A DNA stretch of 63,976 bases, counting the filler, from Reclinomonas americana ATCC 50394 (Eukaryota), in NCBI GenBank assembly GCA_048213135.1. It is 51 parts of 51 records of this genome, joined end to end, with 100 filler letters (N's around TTAATTAATTAA, not from the genome) between each part and the next. Parts side by side here need not be neighbours in the genome. Positions count along the whole stretch, not along the records: positions 51,581 to 52,732 come from AFZH01026303.1; positions 52,833 to 53,984 come from AFZH01026304.1; positions 54,085 to 55,235 come from AFZH01026305.1; positions 55,336 to 56,485 come from AFZH01026306.1; positions 56,586 to 57,734 come from AFZH01026307.1; positions 57,835 to 58,983 come from AFZH01026308.1; positions 59,084 to 60,231 come from AFZH01026309.1; positions 60,332 to 61,480 come from AFZH01026310.1; 43 more parts are not named here. One strand, written 5' to 3'. Shown here one piece after another: positions 51,481 to 63,976 of the stretch (its first letter is position 1; the number at the start of each line of letters is the position of its first letter). A program made the translations under genes and the position numbers. Under the pieces are notes generated by a model. It had not been told where the DNA came from. It saw nothing but the letters and a program-made list of their open reading frames with translations, and searched no databases.

Positions 51481-52251
51481 NNNNNNNNNNNNNNNNNNNN
51501 NNNNNNNNNNNNNNNNNNNNNNNNTTAATTAATTAANNNNNNNNNNNNNNNNNNNNNNNNNNNNNNNNNNNNNNNNNNNNGAGGGGAAGGGAGATGAGGT
51601 GGGGGGAGGGGAGGGAAGGGGAAGGGGGAGGGGGGAAGGGAGATGAGGGGAACGGGGAAGGGAGATGAGGGGAAGGGGAAGGGTAGGAATAGGAAAAGTA
51701 TGGCGCACGGAGAACGGCACACGTGCACAAAGAAAAAGAGAGAGGGAAGGAGGGAGAGGAAGAAAAGCAAATGAAACAGCGGCAAACAAGACCTCGAATA
51801 CAGATCCTCTTTCTCTGTCTCTCTCTCCCTCTCTCTTGTCAGAAAGGCAAACGACTGTTGCACAGGAAGAGGACGGCAAGCGCGGCCAACGTGCAAGCAT
51901 GGCAACACGGCAGAACATGAGAATCGGCTCCTCACAATTCTCCTTCCAGAAGGTTGACTCATCGTGCTTGCTTCAAGTGAGAAGCAACACCCCACGTTTC
52001 TCTTTGCCTCTCACTGTGCTCCATGTCTCTCGCTGCGCTTCCTGCCAAGGTCAACGAAAAATAGACGCGCAACATAATAGACGGCCACATCTCTTCCCCT
52101 CTTCCACATTCAGAGAGAGACAACGCAACGCAGCGACGACGCGCATCAGATAGTATCCTCCATCTCTTTCCCTACTGCCTCCCCTATCTTCTAGACACGT
52201 CGAAGAGAAAGCACAAGAAAAATGTCGCTTGCCGATGAGCCCACTCCTCAC

Positions 52252-52571
52252 CTTGTTGATGACACCACCACTCTCCACCACACATTGCGCGCCGACCAAC
52301 ACCACATCCACTTGCTCCATAATGTGCGCCACGGCCGAGTCGAGAATCACCGTCACCTCAATGCCGTCCTTCTCGAGAATCTCCTGCACGCGTTGCCTGC
52401 ATCGCGAGAAATGTCAGCAGAAGCAATCTGACTCGAGGATGTGAAGAGGCAAACACACCCGTCGTCGAACGGCCGAGTCTCGGTGACAAAACAGCGGACG
52501 CGCTTTTGCTGCTCGGCGGCGCGCAGCAGGATGCGAGTGGTGACTCGAGAGTAGCCGTGGAGGAGGACGAC
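52252..52571 (-). CDS. EIF2B1: Translation initiation factor eIF2B subunit alpha, two internal exons
   Basis: LLHGYSRV...FVTETRP; VTVILDSAVAHIMEQVDVVLVGAQCVVESGGVINK. Confidence 0.9.
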
Positions 52572-52832
52572 CTGGAAGGAGGTGGGTGAGAAGGGTAGAG
52601 AGCAGGAGACAGAGAGAGAGAGAGAGAGAAGGAGAGAAGCAGAGAAGGAAAGAAGAGAGAGCTATTAAGTGCGAGAGAGAGAGAGAGAGAGAGAGAGACG
52701 AAGGAACGAAAAAAGAGAGGAGAGACGAGAGANNNNNNNNNNNNNNNNNNNNNNNNNNNNNNNNNNNNNNNNNNNNTTAATTAATTAANNNNNNNNNNNN
52801 NNNNNNNNNNNNNNNNNNNNNNNNNNNNNNNN

Positions 52833-53800
52833 AGCCGCAGTCGCCTGCAAGCAGTCAGCAGCAGCAACCACAACACCCGGTGCTGACTGCACTGCTGGCA
52901 GAGATGGCGCGCATCACCAAAGGCGGCAGCAGTGGCACGAAGCAGCAACCACCCACGTCGCCCACTCCCGCACTCCCTGTGCAGCATCGTCTGCCGTCGC
53001 CACCTCATCCTCCCGCCACTCCACCGCCTCCTCCGCCTCCTCCTCCAGCTCCATCTCTGCCTGCTCCGCCAGTGATTGACCTGTCGACTGCCATTGTGGT
53101 GGATCCTGTATCAGCCGCAGCCGCAGCTGCAGCCAAGAGAGGAGGACCGCGTCGCGAGTATCACGTGTTTACAGACTTGGAGGTGCGTGTGTAATGTCAT
53201 CATCATTCGCGCAAATATCTTGGATTTCTTGTTTGTGCGTGTGATCTCGCGCCATGTCTCTCTGCGTGCACACACGCCTCCGCTGCACCGCGCTCACGAC
53301 TGTGGTGTGTCTCTCTGTGTGTGTGCGTGCGTGCCGCGCAGCGTCTTGTGCTGGAAGAGTTCCGCCCAATCTACTTTGCCGAATCGCTGCCGAGTGGGTG
53401 CTACTCGCAGCAGGCGCACCGCGATGTGGTGGTGGCGCAGATTGCCGAGCGTGGCGTACAGATGGGTAGCCCGTACCTGCAAGAAGCGTATCGCGTGCGG
53501 ACGTGGATGAACAACAATCGCGACTCGGCGCGAGAACGGCGACAAGCACGCCGTCGACCGAATGCTGACGGCACTGGTGGCGAGGGCGGTGGCGAGGGCG
53601 ACGACAATAGCGACAGGAGAATAAGTAGGGAACGGAGTTCGGAGGAGGATGGAGAAGAGCAGCAGCAGCAGCAACAACAACAACAACAAAAACAACAGGA
53701 GGGTGAAAGGGAGGCGGGAAGTGGCCGTCGCCGTCGCCGAAGAAATAGCGCTCGTGGCGCTGGAGGTGACGCGTCTGACGCCAGCTCGTCTGGAACCGAA
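52833..53800 (+). CDS. Eukaryotic protein with an atypical homeodomain-like region (intron 53183-53341)
   Basis: RREYHVFTDLE|RLVLEEF...YRVRTWMNNNRDSARERR. Confidence 0.5.
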
Positions 53801-54173
53801 CGGATGCACAAACGTTGCGTTGTGCTGTTCATGACACCGTGCTGCATCTCCTCTGCTCACCGTGCCGACGATGCAGGCGACTCCACCTCTCCCCAGTCGT
53901 CGTCACATTCGCCATCACGAGCGGCTAAAGAAGCGCCGGTCGCCGGCGACAGTTTCGTCTGCACTCTATGCCCTTTTCTGTAGCNNNNNNNNNNNNNNNN
54001 NNNNNNNNNNNNNNNNNNNNNNNNNNNNTTAATTAATTAANNNNNNNNNNNNNNNNNNNNNNNNNNNNNNNNNNNNNNNNNNNNTACTTACGTCGTCGTC
54101 GTCGTCGTCGTACTACGTACGACGTACGTCTCGTACTACTGTTTCTTTCTTTCTTCTCTCTGTCGTGTTATTG

Positions 54174-54247
<74 letters not shown>

Positions 54248-54372
54248 CTCTTTCTTTCTCTTGCTCTCTCCCAGCGTCTCTCAGTTGCTCACCTCTGACT
54301 CTCTCATCCACTCTACTCCCTGTTTCATCCACCTTCTCATTGTTCCCTTCCCTTCCCTTCCCTTCCCGCCAG

Positions 54373-54759
54373 CCCCCACCGCTCCTCAACAACACCTGGG
54401 AGCTGCACGGCGGCGGCAATCGCGGCGGCCCCGACTTCCGCGACGCCCAGTTCCAACTCACGGGCCCGTCGGACGAGTTTGCGCAGCAGGCCGATGCCGT
54501 GCAGGAGTGGGCGCGTGGTTTCGAGGACTGCATTGAGACGGTGCGCATGGCGGAGGCGGTGATTGATGTGGATGAGGGCAATGCGGAGGGTGAGGGAGAG
54601 GAGGAGGAAGAAGAAGAAGAGGTGGAGGAGGACGAGGAGGTGGAAGGGGAGGAGGAGGAGGAGGATGATGGCGAGGACGGCGATTACGAGGACGCGGAGG
54701 AGAATGGAACGGCTGGCGATGACGAGGATGGCGACGAAGGCGACGACGATGACAACTGA
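54373..54759 (+). CDS. Last exon of a eukaryotic protein with an acidic tail
   Basis: Polypyrimidine-CAG acceptor; NNTWELH...QEWARGFED then an E/D tract and stop. Confidence 0.55.
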   Translation, partial: PPPLLNNTWELHGGGNRGGPDFRDAQFQLTGPSDEFAQQADAVQEWARGFEDCIETVRMAEAVIDVDEGNAEGEGEEEEEEEEVEEDEEVEGEEEEEDDGEDGDYEDAEENGTAGDDEDGDEGDDDDN

Positions 54760-56585
54760 CGCAATGCGTTTCTCTCCTTGTTTTCTCTTTCTTTTTGCGA
54801 ATCAATACCCTCTCTTTTCTTCGCCGCACTCTTCGACAATGAACCACTGGTTTATCGTGTTGCGAGTCACTCGACTGGTGGAGGTTTCTTCGGCTGGCGT
54901 GCGCTAGGTGGTGCGGGAGGAGGAGGACGTAGAGAAGGAGGAGGAGAACCGGTGGTGTCTGGTGGAGGAGGCAGGTGGTTGTGAACACACGGAGCAAGGG
55001 TTGCATCTTTTGGACGAGAGAACGGGAGAATTGATCTGTGAAAGTATTAATTGAGGCAAACAACAAGGCAGTCGGGAGAAGGGAGCGAAGGTGAAGAGAA
55101 GCCTCACATTTTGATGATACCCCGTGGCGTGGCGGACACATACTTTCCCCTTTCCTCGGCGTGGTTGCATTGCATGCGTGACGGGATTCGGATATCTGAT
55201 AGTTGGAGATGATTTATCTATGTGTTTTTTTATATNNNNNNNNNNNNNNNNNNNNNNNNNNNNNNNNNNNNNNNNNNNNTTAATTAATTAANNNNNNNNN
55301 NNNNNNNNNNNNNNNNNNNNNNNNNNNNNNNNNNNATCGGCACTCGCCGACATGCGCGAGATAAATTCGTCGTAGGTGGCCTGAAGGCCCGAGCGCACAT
55401 CGTACACCGTGTTCGGCGGCGCCTGTTGCTCATCGACGGAGAAACGTCGTCGTGTGCCATTGTCTGGCACAGACGAACGACGCACATTCTCGCGCGCCAG
55501 CAACTGCTCGTCGAGGGCGATGAGATCGCCTGCCATGCGCTCCACGTCGGAGACGACCGACGGAGCTGCACTCTGTGCCGAGGCGCGCACACTGCCCTCC
55601 ATCGAGTACTGCAACACATAGAGTGAGTCGGCACACATACGTGGGATGGTGGTGCTTCACGCAGACGTACCCCGTGATCTCTGGTCAGTGTCGCAGTGGC
55701 GGTGCCGTCCGACGAGCGCACCGAGCTCAGACTCTCGTCCACCACGAGTCGACCATTGCCGCCGCCCGTGTACTCGCCGCCCGTGAGTGATCGCTGGTAC
55801 AAATCGGCCATTGCCGCATCGCTCATGCGGTCGGGATCCTCGGTGGTGTACGTTCGGCGTCCGAGTTGACTGCCAGGACCGCGCACGTGGTGACTGAGAT
55901 CCGGACCCACCCGCGTCTGACCACTCAAGTGTGCCTCGCGCCCGGCAGCCAGGCCCGTCGGTGGCCGTGCGCCTCGCGATGCTCCGCCGTTGCCGTTGGT
56001 GTCGCTGGGCAGCGATCCCGCAGATCCCGCTACGGAGAACGCCGAGGTCGACGATCGGAGGCCGTCACCGCCATGCGTAGCTGGAGGCGATTCACAGTGA
56101 GCATGACAGACACACACGCACCCAGGCGTTGGCAGAGAGCGCGCGCACTAACGCAACATGGTGCCGACTGGCGCACATCACCGCCACCACCACCACCCCA
56201 TTGCTGATGCTGACGGAGATACTCGACACCTTCACGGGCCAGATCCAGCTTGCGCAGCGACGCGGCGGCGCTGGCCGACAGTGGTGCGATGGGTGCCTGC
56301 GCTGGAACTCCCACTGACGAGGGTGCGGGCTGATGCATGCTACTGCTGGCGCTGCCGCTTCCGTGCCCACTGAAAGACACCGAGGTCTGATCACGCGAGG
56401 GAGCGTGAATGGTGGACGCCGACGGAAATGTCGACGAGGCACTGTCCACACTCTGACGCTGCTGCTGCTGCTGTTGTTGTGCGGTNNNNNNNNNNNNNNN
56501 NNNNNNNNNNNNNNNNNNNNNNNNNNNNNTTAATTAATTAANNNNNNNNNNNNNNNNNNNNNNNNNNNNNNNNNNNNNNNNNNNN

Positions 56586-56626
<41 letters not shown>

Positions 56627-56932
56627 GTGAGAGAGCAGAGAGTGAGTGAGTGTGTGTGAGAGAGAGAGAGAGGCCTTCACCTTACGTCACCTTATCGTCG
56701 CCTTTCTCGCTTTGTCTCTCACTTGTTGTTGTGTATTGTTGGTGGTGATGAGCAGGAAGGTCTGCACGGTGACGCCTTCCCGTGGGAGCAGCTGAATCGA
56801 GTGGCGCAGCGACTGGACGAGTTTCATGCGGCCACCTCACAGGATCTGGAGATGCCGCCGTCCACCAAGCAAGGTCCCGCGCGCGCGCGCACTCTCAGTG
56901 AGAGACGTCTCGTATGCTCACCTCTCTTGCAG

Positions 56933-57627
56933 CTCGCATCAACGTGCAGGCGTTGGCCGACAAGCTGCGCCCGATTGTGTTCCGTGAGCAGGTCATGTTT
57001 GCGCGTCGGCTGCTGCGCGCCGACTTGGAGTTCAGTCTGTTGCAGTTGGACGAGGAGGTGCACTTTCTGCGCGAACAGGAGGCGCTGGAGACGGAGGAGA
57101 CTCCGCCGCTCATTCCGTATGCCACGCGCGCGGAGCTGGCACCGTACTACTTTGTGCTGGACGATGTCGATCTGAGTGGGCGGCTGGCACCGGAGACAGC
57201 GTCGTTTCTGTCGCACCAGTCGCGTGCGCTGCTGCCGCGTGGTGCCCCGGATGCAGCCTCCGAGGACACAGTGAGTGCCGCCACTGAGTTTGACAGCGCA
57301 GAGGAGCGATGGCGCCTGCACGAGGAGGAGTTCCACCGCCTGCTGCGCCAGTCCGACGTGCAGGACCGCCTGGTGGCCTTTATGCGTGACTGGCGCACCA
57401 CCGACGAGGCCACGCTGTTGCGCGTGGAGCAGCTGCTGCCGACGGAACAGTGGCGGCTCTTTGCGCAAGTATGCTTCCAACGCGTACAGCAAAAGCGCGA
57501 GGCTCAAACGCGCAAGGTCAACCTGCTGCGCCGACGACTGCGCGAGCTCACCACGCATCGCACCGCCGTCCAGGCGCAGCTGCGCAAGCTGCAGAAGCTA
57601 AAGCTGCCAAAGACACTCGACCGCTAA
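56933..57627 (+). CDS. Last exon of an uncharacterised eukaryotic protein
   Basis: TTGCAG acceptor, long GC3-rich frame ending in TAA. Confidence 0.6.
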
Positions 57628-57834
57628 TGAACCAACTTGTTCTCAATATGTTGGTTCGCGTGTGGGCAGTTGTCGCCACATGGGCACTGCTGGTGCTCAC
57701 TGTGTACATGTGCACTCTCACACCGACCGTGGCTNNNNNNNNNNNNNNNNNNNNNNNNNNNNNNNNNNNNNNNNNNNNTTAATTAATTAANNNNNNNNNN
57801 NNNNNNNNNNNNNNNNNNNNNNNNNNNNNNNNNN

Positions 57835-57984
57835 CCACAGGATCGCAAATCGTACGAAAGGTTGCGCGCCAAGCTGCGCGAAGGGCCCACCGTGCTGCCA
57901 GACCCCACGGCTGTACCTGGCGCCGCAGCTGCCGCAGACGGGGATGAAGTCATGCCGCCACCGCCACCACCACAACCAATATAA
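57835..57984 (+). CDS. C-terminus of a gene convergent with GT61
   Basis: QDRKSYERLRAKLREGP...PPPPPPQPI-TAA. Confidence 0.45.
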   Translation, partial: PQDRKSYERLRAKLREGPTVLPDPTAVPGAAAAADGDEVMPPPPPPQPI

Positions 57985-58012
57985 ATATATAGTGATTATG
58001 GTCTTGTTTACT

Positions 58013-58748
58013 CTATGGTTTGTTGCTGGCGGCGGGCGGCCTCGGTTGCAAGGGGTAGTCGTCGCGCACGTCTGGCGCAAAGTAGTCGACGCACATGTTG
58101 TACTGGAGCGAGACAACCAGGTGGCCAATCTCCTTGGCCGAAATGTGCTGCTGCTCCGCCTCGTACAGCAGCGACTGCTGTTCCACGCTGTTGTCTCTTC
58201 GCAGCCGGGCGTCCAGTTGTACGCGAGACATGGACACGGCGGCCTGCACGCGCATATGTGCCTGCGAGCAACGGGCAAAGGCGGGATAGTGTGTGTGTGT
58301 GTGGGTCACGCACCTCGCCGTACGAGTCGAGGAGACTGAGCGCGAACGTGTGGTGCTTGGCGCCGACCGTGTTGCTCAGGTTCTTGTAGGCATACAGGGA
58401 GGACCACACGGCGTTGTTGGCCGGCAGCACCTCGACGACTTGCGTTCCACGTCGCATGAACATGACATTGGCCATGCCGGCGCCGTGTGCGCTGATGAGG
58501 ATGTCGGCCCAGGCCACGGTCTCGATCTGCGGCTGGAGAATGAGGAGAGGAGAGCGTGTGTGTGTGTGTGTGAAGAATGGGAGGCAAAAACGCACCGTCT
58601 CCTTGAGCGAGGCCGTGCCAAAGTCGATGACCTTGGTGTCGACGTGCAGGTGGCGAATGTAGCGCGGGAGCTCTTTCAGTTGCTGGTCGAGATCGAGGAA
58701 TCCGCGGCGCTGTCGCTGAGCCACTACCAGGCGCACTGGTCGTCGATT
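58013..58748 (-). CDS. Glycosyltransferase family 61, last three exons
   Basis: VVAQRQRRGFLD; QIETVAWADILISAHGAGMANVMFMRRGTQVVEV (GT61 HGAG motif). Confidence 0.88.
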
Positions 58749-61700
58749 CTGTGGAAGAGGAATGGGGGGCGAAGGGGGTGAGAAGCAAGAGGGGGAAGAG
58801 AGGGGGAAAGACAGGAGAAGGGAGAAAGAGAAGGGGAAGGAGGGGGAAGGAGGGGGAGGGAGGGGGAAGGAGAGGGGGAAGGAGGGGAAGGAGGGGATGG
58901 AGGGGAACGAGGGGAGAGAGAGGGAGAAGAGAGGGGAAGGAGGGGAGTGGAGGAGGAAAGAGGGGAAGAGGGGAAGGAGGGAANNNNNNNNNNNNNNNNN
59001 NNNNNNNNNNNNNNNNNNNNNNNNNNNTTAATTAATTAANNNNNNNNNNNNNNNNNNNNNNNNNNNNNNNNNNNNNNNNNNNNGCACTACTTAACGAGCC
59101 ACTCATGCACACACACACACACGCTCACAAACAAGTTGACACGACGGCCATGTGCAGTGCCATGTGCGCGCGCCCAACCCACAGCGCACAAAACATACGC
59201 ACACCACCGCCTGCTCAGCCCACTCGCACACACACGCACACCACCACGCATCGACGCACAGAGAGCAAGACGCGGGGCAGCGCAGTTGCACGGACATTTC
59301 GCCACGACGCGCGAAACACACACTGTAGAGCCTCCCTCTTTCTTCGTCCACAATATCTCACTGCTCACACACACACTCTCTCTACACAGAAGACTCTTTG
59401 CCCTCTCTCTCTCTCTCTCGCACACACAGCAGTGTGCACACCAGCCGACTGCATACTGCTGTGCGCATCGTATGATCAGTCACGCGCGTCGACAGACAAC
59501 ACGGACAACACCCCTCACACATCGCGATCAAAGTGCCCACTCTCGGTCTCGTCTCCACACGCGCACACACACACACAGGCGTGCACTGAGTGAGAGAGCA
59601 AACGGTCCATCATTGACGATTTCCTCTCATTTCGAGCAGACTGCTGAAATTCATCATGCACACAGCGACCGTGCGTGTGTGCGTGCGTGTGTGTGTGTGG
59701 GAAATGCCCAACCTCGCACTCACCGCACAGCGCGCGACTCTAATAAACAATCCAGCGGGTGTAAGGTGGAAGGCGGATGGGGGTGCACACACAACCAGCA
59801 GAAAAAAACGTGTGCGTGTGTGTGTGGGTTGGAAGGGAGGAGGGATATACGAAAAAAATCAAGCGCGCGCGCTTGTGTGCGTGAGCGAGAAAGAGAGAGA
59901 GAGAGGGTTGAGGTGGGGTAGGCAACCGGGAAAAGGGAAAAGAGACACTGAGTGGCAAGGGGGTGAGGAGCGACACACTCACTCACACACACGAAGTGAG
60001 GTACGTTACACATATGACTCATCGCTGGCGATTTTTCCCCGCGCAAATAATCGTACTTTGTTTTGTGTCGGTTTCCTTGCACATCTCAGCTGGAGCTGTG
60101 GAGGTGGACGTGTATCGCGAGACGAGCAGGTAGGCGATTCACCAAGGAGAAAAAAGTAAACAAACAACACCCACTGTGTAAAGACAAGAAACTGATCTCG
60201 CAATCGAAATCTGCGATCTCGTCCCTTGCGANNNNNNNNNNNNNNNNNNNNNNNNNNNNNNNNNNNNNNNNNNNNTTAATTAATTAANNNNNNNNNNNNN
60301 NNNNNNNNNNNNNNNNNNNNNNNNNNNNNNNGGAAGATATTCGGCTGTTCCTCGACGTGATCCACCGACAAGCGCGGGAGAACGACGATCGAGTGTTTGC
60401 CGCGTGGACTCTCCTCATCTCCTTTGTGTTGCCGAAGTTCCTGCATTTGCGCCAAGTGCTCTTTACCGACGGTAGCCCGGATCTTGATCGAACGCTGCGA
60501 GTGGTAAGCTCCTGTTTGGCATGCATGTGACCGACGGGAGGGCTGGATAATAATTACTGCTTTCTGCACACAGTGGATGGCCCTCTTTGTGGCCACACAA
60601 CAATACGAGCACGCCGTCATGTGCCTCGACGATGTGCTGCTCAACTTGGCCGTGTCGCCACGCGAACGCTACGTGCGCACTGCCTGCTCGGCCGCCCACC
60701 TCCGCAGCAGTCACGGTGATCATATTGTGTCCAGGTTATTTTGTGCCCGAGTGGCATGCTCACCAGTCCATCCTCTCTCTCTCTGCATGTACAGCTCGCA
60801 GTCTGCAGGATGTGGCCAAAGGCCTGCATCGAGCCGCCCGTCACCACTCGGTGCGTTGCGACACGAACTACCTTGTGAGTATTTGTTGATGTAGTGCTCA
60901 CGACAAGCAATCCGTGCAGGGCACTGCCAAGAGTGCGACCGACGACACACTGGAGCGCGACATTAGCAACTACGACCTGTTCTCGGCCGTCACCACCGCC
61001 TTTGACCATCTGACCGAACGCGATCACCAGCGGGCATCGCACGATCAGGAGGGCGGGAGCGGCAGCAGCAGCAGCGACCCGCACGTCGAGAGTGGTGGTG
61101 AGGACGGCGACAACCCGCCACACCAGAAGCGTCGGCGTGTCACCCTCGGCGGCACTGGTGGCGTGCCGGCGTCGCTGGCCCACGACCTGCGCAAGGCCAA
61201 CCTGCGTCGCCTCCTCGAACGTGCGGGCGCTTTCGTCTGCTGCGACGATGACATGCGACGCGCCCAGCAGTGGACCACCAGTCAAGACGAGCCGCTCGAC
61301 ACGTTGCCAGTGGTCGACGATCGTATCTTCTTCACGCTCTACGGTCACGTCTTCGAGGACTGGGTGCGTCGGCACTTGCAGGACCGTCTCGATCTCATTC
61401 TCGCTCCTCGGCCGAGCGAGTAGGCGAAGGAAGGCAATTGGAAGACAGAAGGTGAAATGAAAGTTCACATCGGTGGTTTCNNNNNNNNNNNNNNNNNNNN
61501 NNNNNNNNNNNNNNNNNNNNNNNNTTAATTAATTAANNNNNNNNNNNNNNNNNNNNNNNNNNNNNNNNNNNNNNNNNNNNGACGGTTTACCGTTGGACCT
61601 TTGTCCATTCGGTGCCGGTACGGTGAAGTGAAAAGCTCGAAGAGAGCCGGTGCTGGACAGTTCGGCTGTCGCCAGCGATTCCGATGCCGTCCGGTCACTC

Positions 61701-61887
61701 ACCGCCACCTGAGTCTCCGTACGGCACCGTGACCATTCTTCTGCGCCGCCGGACGGTGCCGTCCGGTGCCGTCCGGTGCCAATCACAACTCTGAGAATTC
61801 CATACACCTTGTTGCACATTCGAACCGTGCGCGTGATCCATGACAAGAAGCTCGTTCACTGACACTGATCGATCACTCTGGCTTCCA

Positions 61888-62685
61888 CTACCGTCCGGTC
61901 GCTCGCGCCTCCCGATTGCGTCGCAACTGCTCTCGTCTTGCCAACGACTGTGCATGGCGGTCCAGTGACTCAGGCACGACACCAAACTCGCCTCCGTTGC
62001 AGTGCCACTTGAACAGGTCATTGTCGTTGAGTGTGTCGAAGAAACGCTGGAACGCTCGTGACCACGTTCCCGACGCAAAGTCCCTCTTGAGTTGTCGGAT
62101 GACTCGCAGTCGGCGCTGCTTCGCACTTTCCTCTTCGTCTTCGTCACTCGGGCAGTCGTCGTCATCAGACTGCATCCCCTCGTCGCCCACCACAGCATCG
62201 CCACCGTCGGCTACGGCCACCGACGACCGCGAGTGCACGTGCGTGGCCGCTGCTGTCGCAGGAGTATTCCGAGCTCGACCAGTTGAGACAGATGAGGAGG
62301 CGTGATGCAGTGTACCCGCTGAACCGTGCGCCATCACAGGAGCTGCAGCTGACGACACCGCGAGCGCCAGCGCGGGATCTCGCACCGACGGCACTCGAAC
62401 ACCCGGGAGGTGGGCAACACGGAGTTCGTCATCGCCAGCAATCCGCGGCGACACTGCACGCGCAGCTTCGTCGTCCACGACTCCCCACAAAGGTGGTCCC
62501 CAGTCAGTGATCATTGGGTCCCAGTCGAACCGGAATCCGTCGAGCTTGCAGTATCGATCGTGCAAGAAAGTCGGCACACTCCCCTCGTCATCCACATGCT
62601 GCAAACAAACGATTCTATTCAGCAGTACGCACAGATCTGGCGACACCATCATGAAGAACGTGGTGCACGTGCTCTCCAGTGACAT
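61888..62685 (-). CDS. Uncharacterised 265-aa open frame, possibly the C-terminus of a mobile-element protein
   Basis: Long uninterrupted frame followed by clustered CGGTGCC repeats. Confidence 0.45.
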   Translation of the reverse strand: MSLESTCTTFFMMVSPDLCVLLNRIVCLQHVDDEGSVPTFLHDRYCKLDGFRFDWDPMITDWGPPLWGVVDDEAARAVSPRIAGDDELRVAHLPGVRVPSVRDPALALAVSSAAAPVMAHGSAGTLHHASSSVSTGRARNTPATAAATHVHSRSSVAVADGGDAVVGDEGMQSDDDDCPSDEDEEESAKQRRLRVIRQLKRDFASGTWSRAFQRFFDTLNDNDLFKWHCNGGEFGVVPESLDRHAQSLARREQLRRNREARATGR

Positions 62686-62828
62686 CCTCCTCCTCCTCCT
62701 CCTCCTCCTCCTCCTCCTCCTCCTCCTCNNNNNNNNNNNNNNNNNNNNNNNNNNNNNNNNNNNNNNNNNNNNTTAATTAATTAANNNNNNNNNNNNNNNN
62801 NNNNNNNNNNNNNNNNNNNNNNNNNNNN

Positions 62829-62865
<37 letters not shown>

Positions 62866-63976
62866 CAGTGAAACTGATCACTGTTGCAGAAATGAAAACT
62901 AAACATGGGAAGAGAGGAGGAGCTAGGGAGGGAGCAGTGAGGAGAAGCAGAAACAGTTGTCGAGCAAAGTGAGGGTGGAAAAGGGGAGAACCGATCACCG
63001 TTGTCGACGAAGAGAAGACAGATCGTGGGAAGAAGTGAACTGGCGTAGGAAGAGAGAAGTGCGGGGGACAAGAGTCTGTGCTCCCAACATGAAGAATGAC
63101 ACGAAGCCGTGGAGGAGACAGAGCGGAAGAGAGAAGCAGAGTCTGCGGCCAAGAAAATGGGAATGACAGGGAGGGAGAGAGGAAGACGACGAGACAAAGG
63201 CTGTGAGTGCGTGTCGTGACCAGAGACAACGCAGAGGGAGAGAGAACTCGATGTGAAAGCTACAGACGAGTGTCACGAATCAACCCCACAGTGGCAAAAA
63301 CCAGCGCGGAGAAAAAAGAATCAATCACGAGTATTGTCGAGAAACAGCAATCAAATCGCACATCCGAGAGTGCACAGAACGAGGAAGACAGAGAGACAGA
63401 GAGAGAAAGAACAAGCTCAGAACCCGACAACTCCGCCGACATACACACTCAACTTTTGCGTGACTGAATCGAAAATGTTGCTCGGCTTGTTCATCTGGTA
63501 GCACTTCTCCTGCACATCCTGGCAAATCGCCACCGTGTACACATATCCGGGCGGATCCGTCGCCTAAACAAAGCATTACACACTCAACAATTGATTCTTA
63601 TGTAACACACAATGGAGAGCGCACCTGCTGCACAACGCCAGTCTGATAGACTCCACTGTGTAGATGAGCAGAGTGAGTGAGTGAGAAACACGGCCACTGT
63701 GGGCGATGCTCACAACATGTCGCGCCATGTCGCACAACTACACTCATGCACTGACAGGAGGCACACGCACACTCGCACACACACTGGGTGACACGGCTGA
63801 TGCGCGAGAGTGCGTGTGTGTGAGTGTGCGACATGGGCGCGGAAAATGTGCAGACAACACACGCACAATTCGCAAACGCACCTCTGCGCTCTCTCACACA
63901 CATAACCACGCACAAGCACACAAGCCACTCTCTGTCTCATACACTCCCTCTCTCTCTCTCACATGTGCGCAACGTC

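Noticed and set aside
59084..63976. Family assignments for remaining spliced fragments (also contigs at 1269, 6332, 16436, 25246, 41561, 47825, 55336)
   Set aside because: Exons are probably present but no motif was recognisable with enough confidence.

Overview
This window is not one locus. It is 51 short assembly contigs (about 1.15-1.17 kb each) joined by an identical 100-bp linker (44 N + TTAATTAATTAA + 44 N, giving stops in all six frames), so neighbouring contigs share no synteny. About 43 contigs are fragments of intron-rich genes from one or more microbial eukaryotes, probably including a flagellate: GT-AG introns mostly 65-100 nt, and many (GA)n/(CA)n microsatellites at contig ends. 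Recognisable genes include VIT1, DDX3/Ded1, a PTR/POT transporter, eIF2A, an ANTH protein, a CFAP53-like protein, an LCAT-like lipase, CDP-DAG synthase, eIF2B-alpha, GT61, a protein kinase, a WD40 protein and an RLE-type non-LTR retrotransposon relic. Eight contigs are bacterial: high-GC Alphaproteobacteria (Rhizobiales-like) at 1-1168, 10126-11287 and 34038-35191; Microbacterium-like Actinobacteria at 18953-20113, 30273-31426, 36545-37698 and 50330-51480; and a BNR/Asp-box repeat gene at 31527-32681. The most unusual signal comes from two allelic contigs (27759-28915 and 32782-33937). Seven of their eight larger indels are +6-bp intronic insertions that all follow one rule, XYZ -> XYZ-revcomp(XYZ)-XYZ. 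This points to a recurrent, stereotyped mutational process, such as hairpin-type excision footprints of a DNA transposon with a 3-bp target duplication, or templated snap-back repair. All family calls come from motif recognition by eye; no database search was run.
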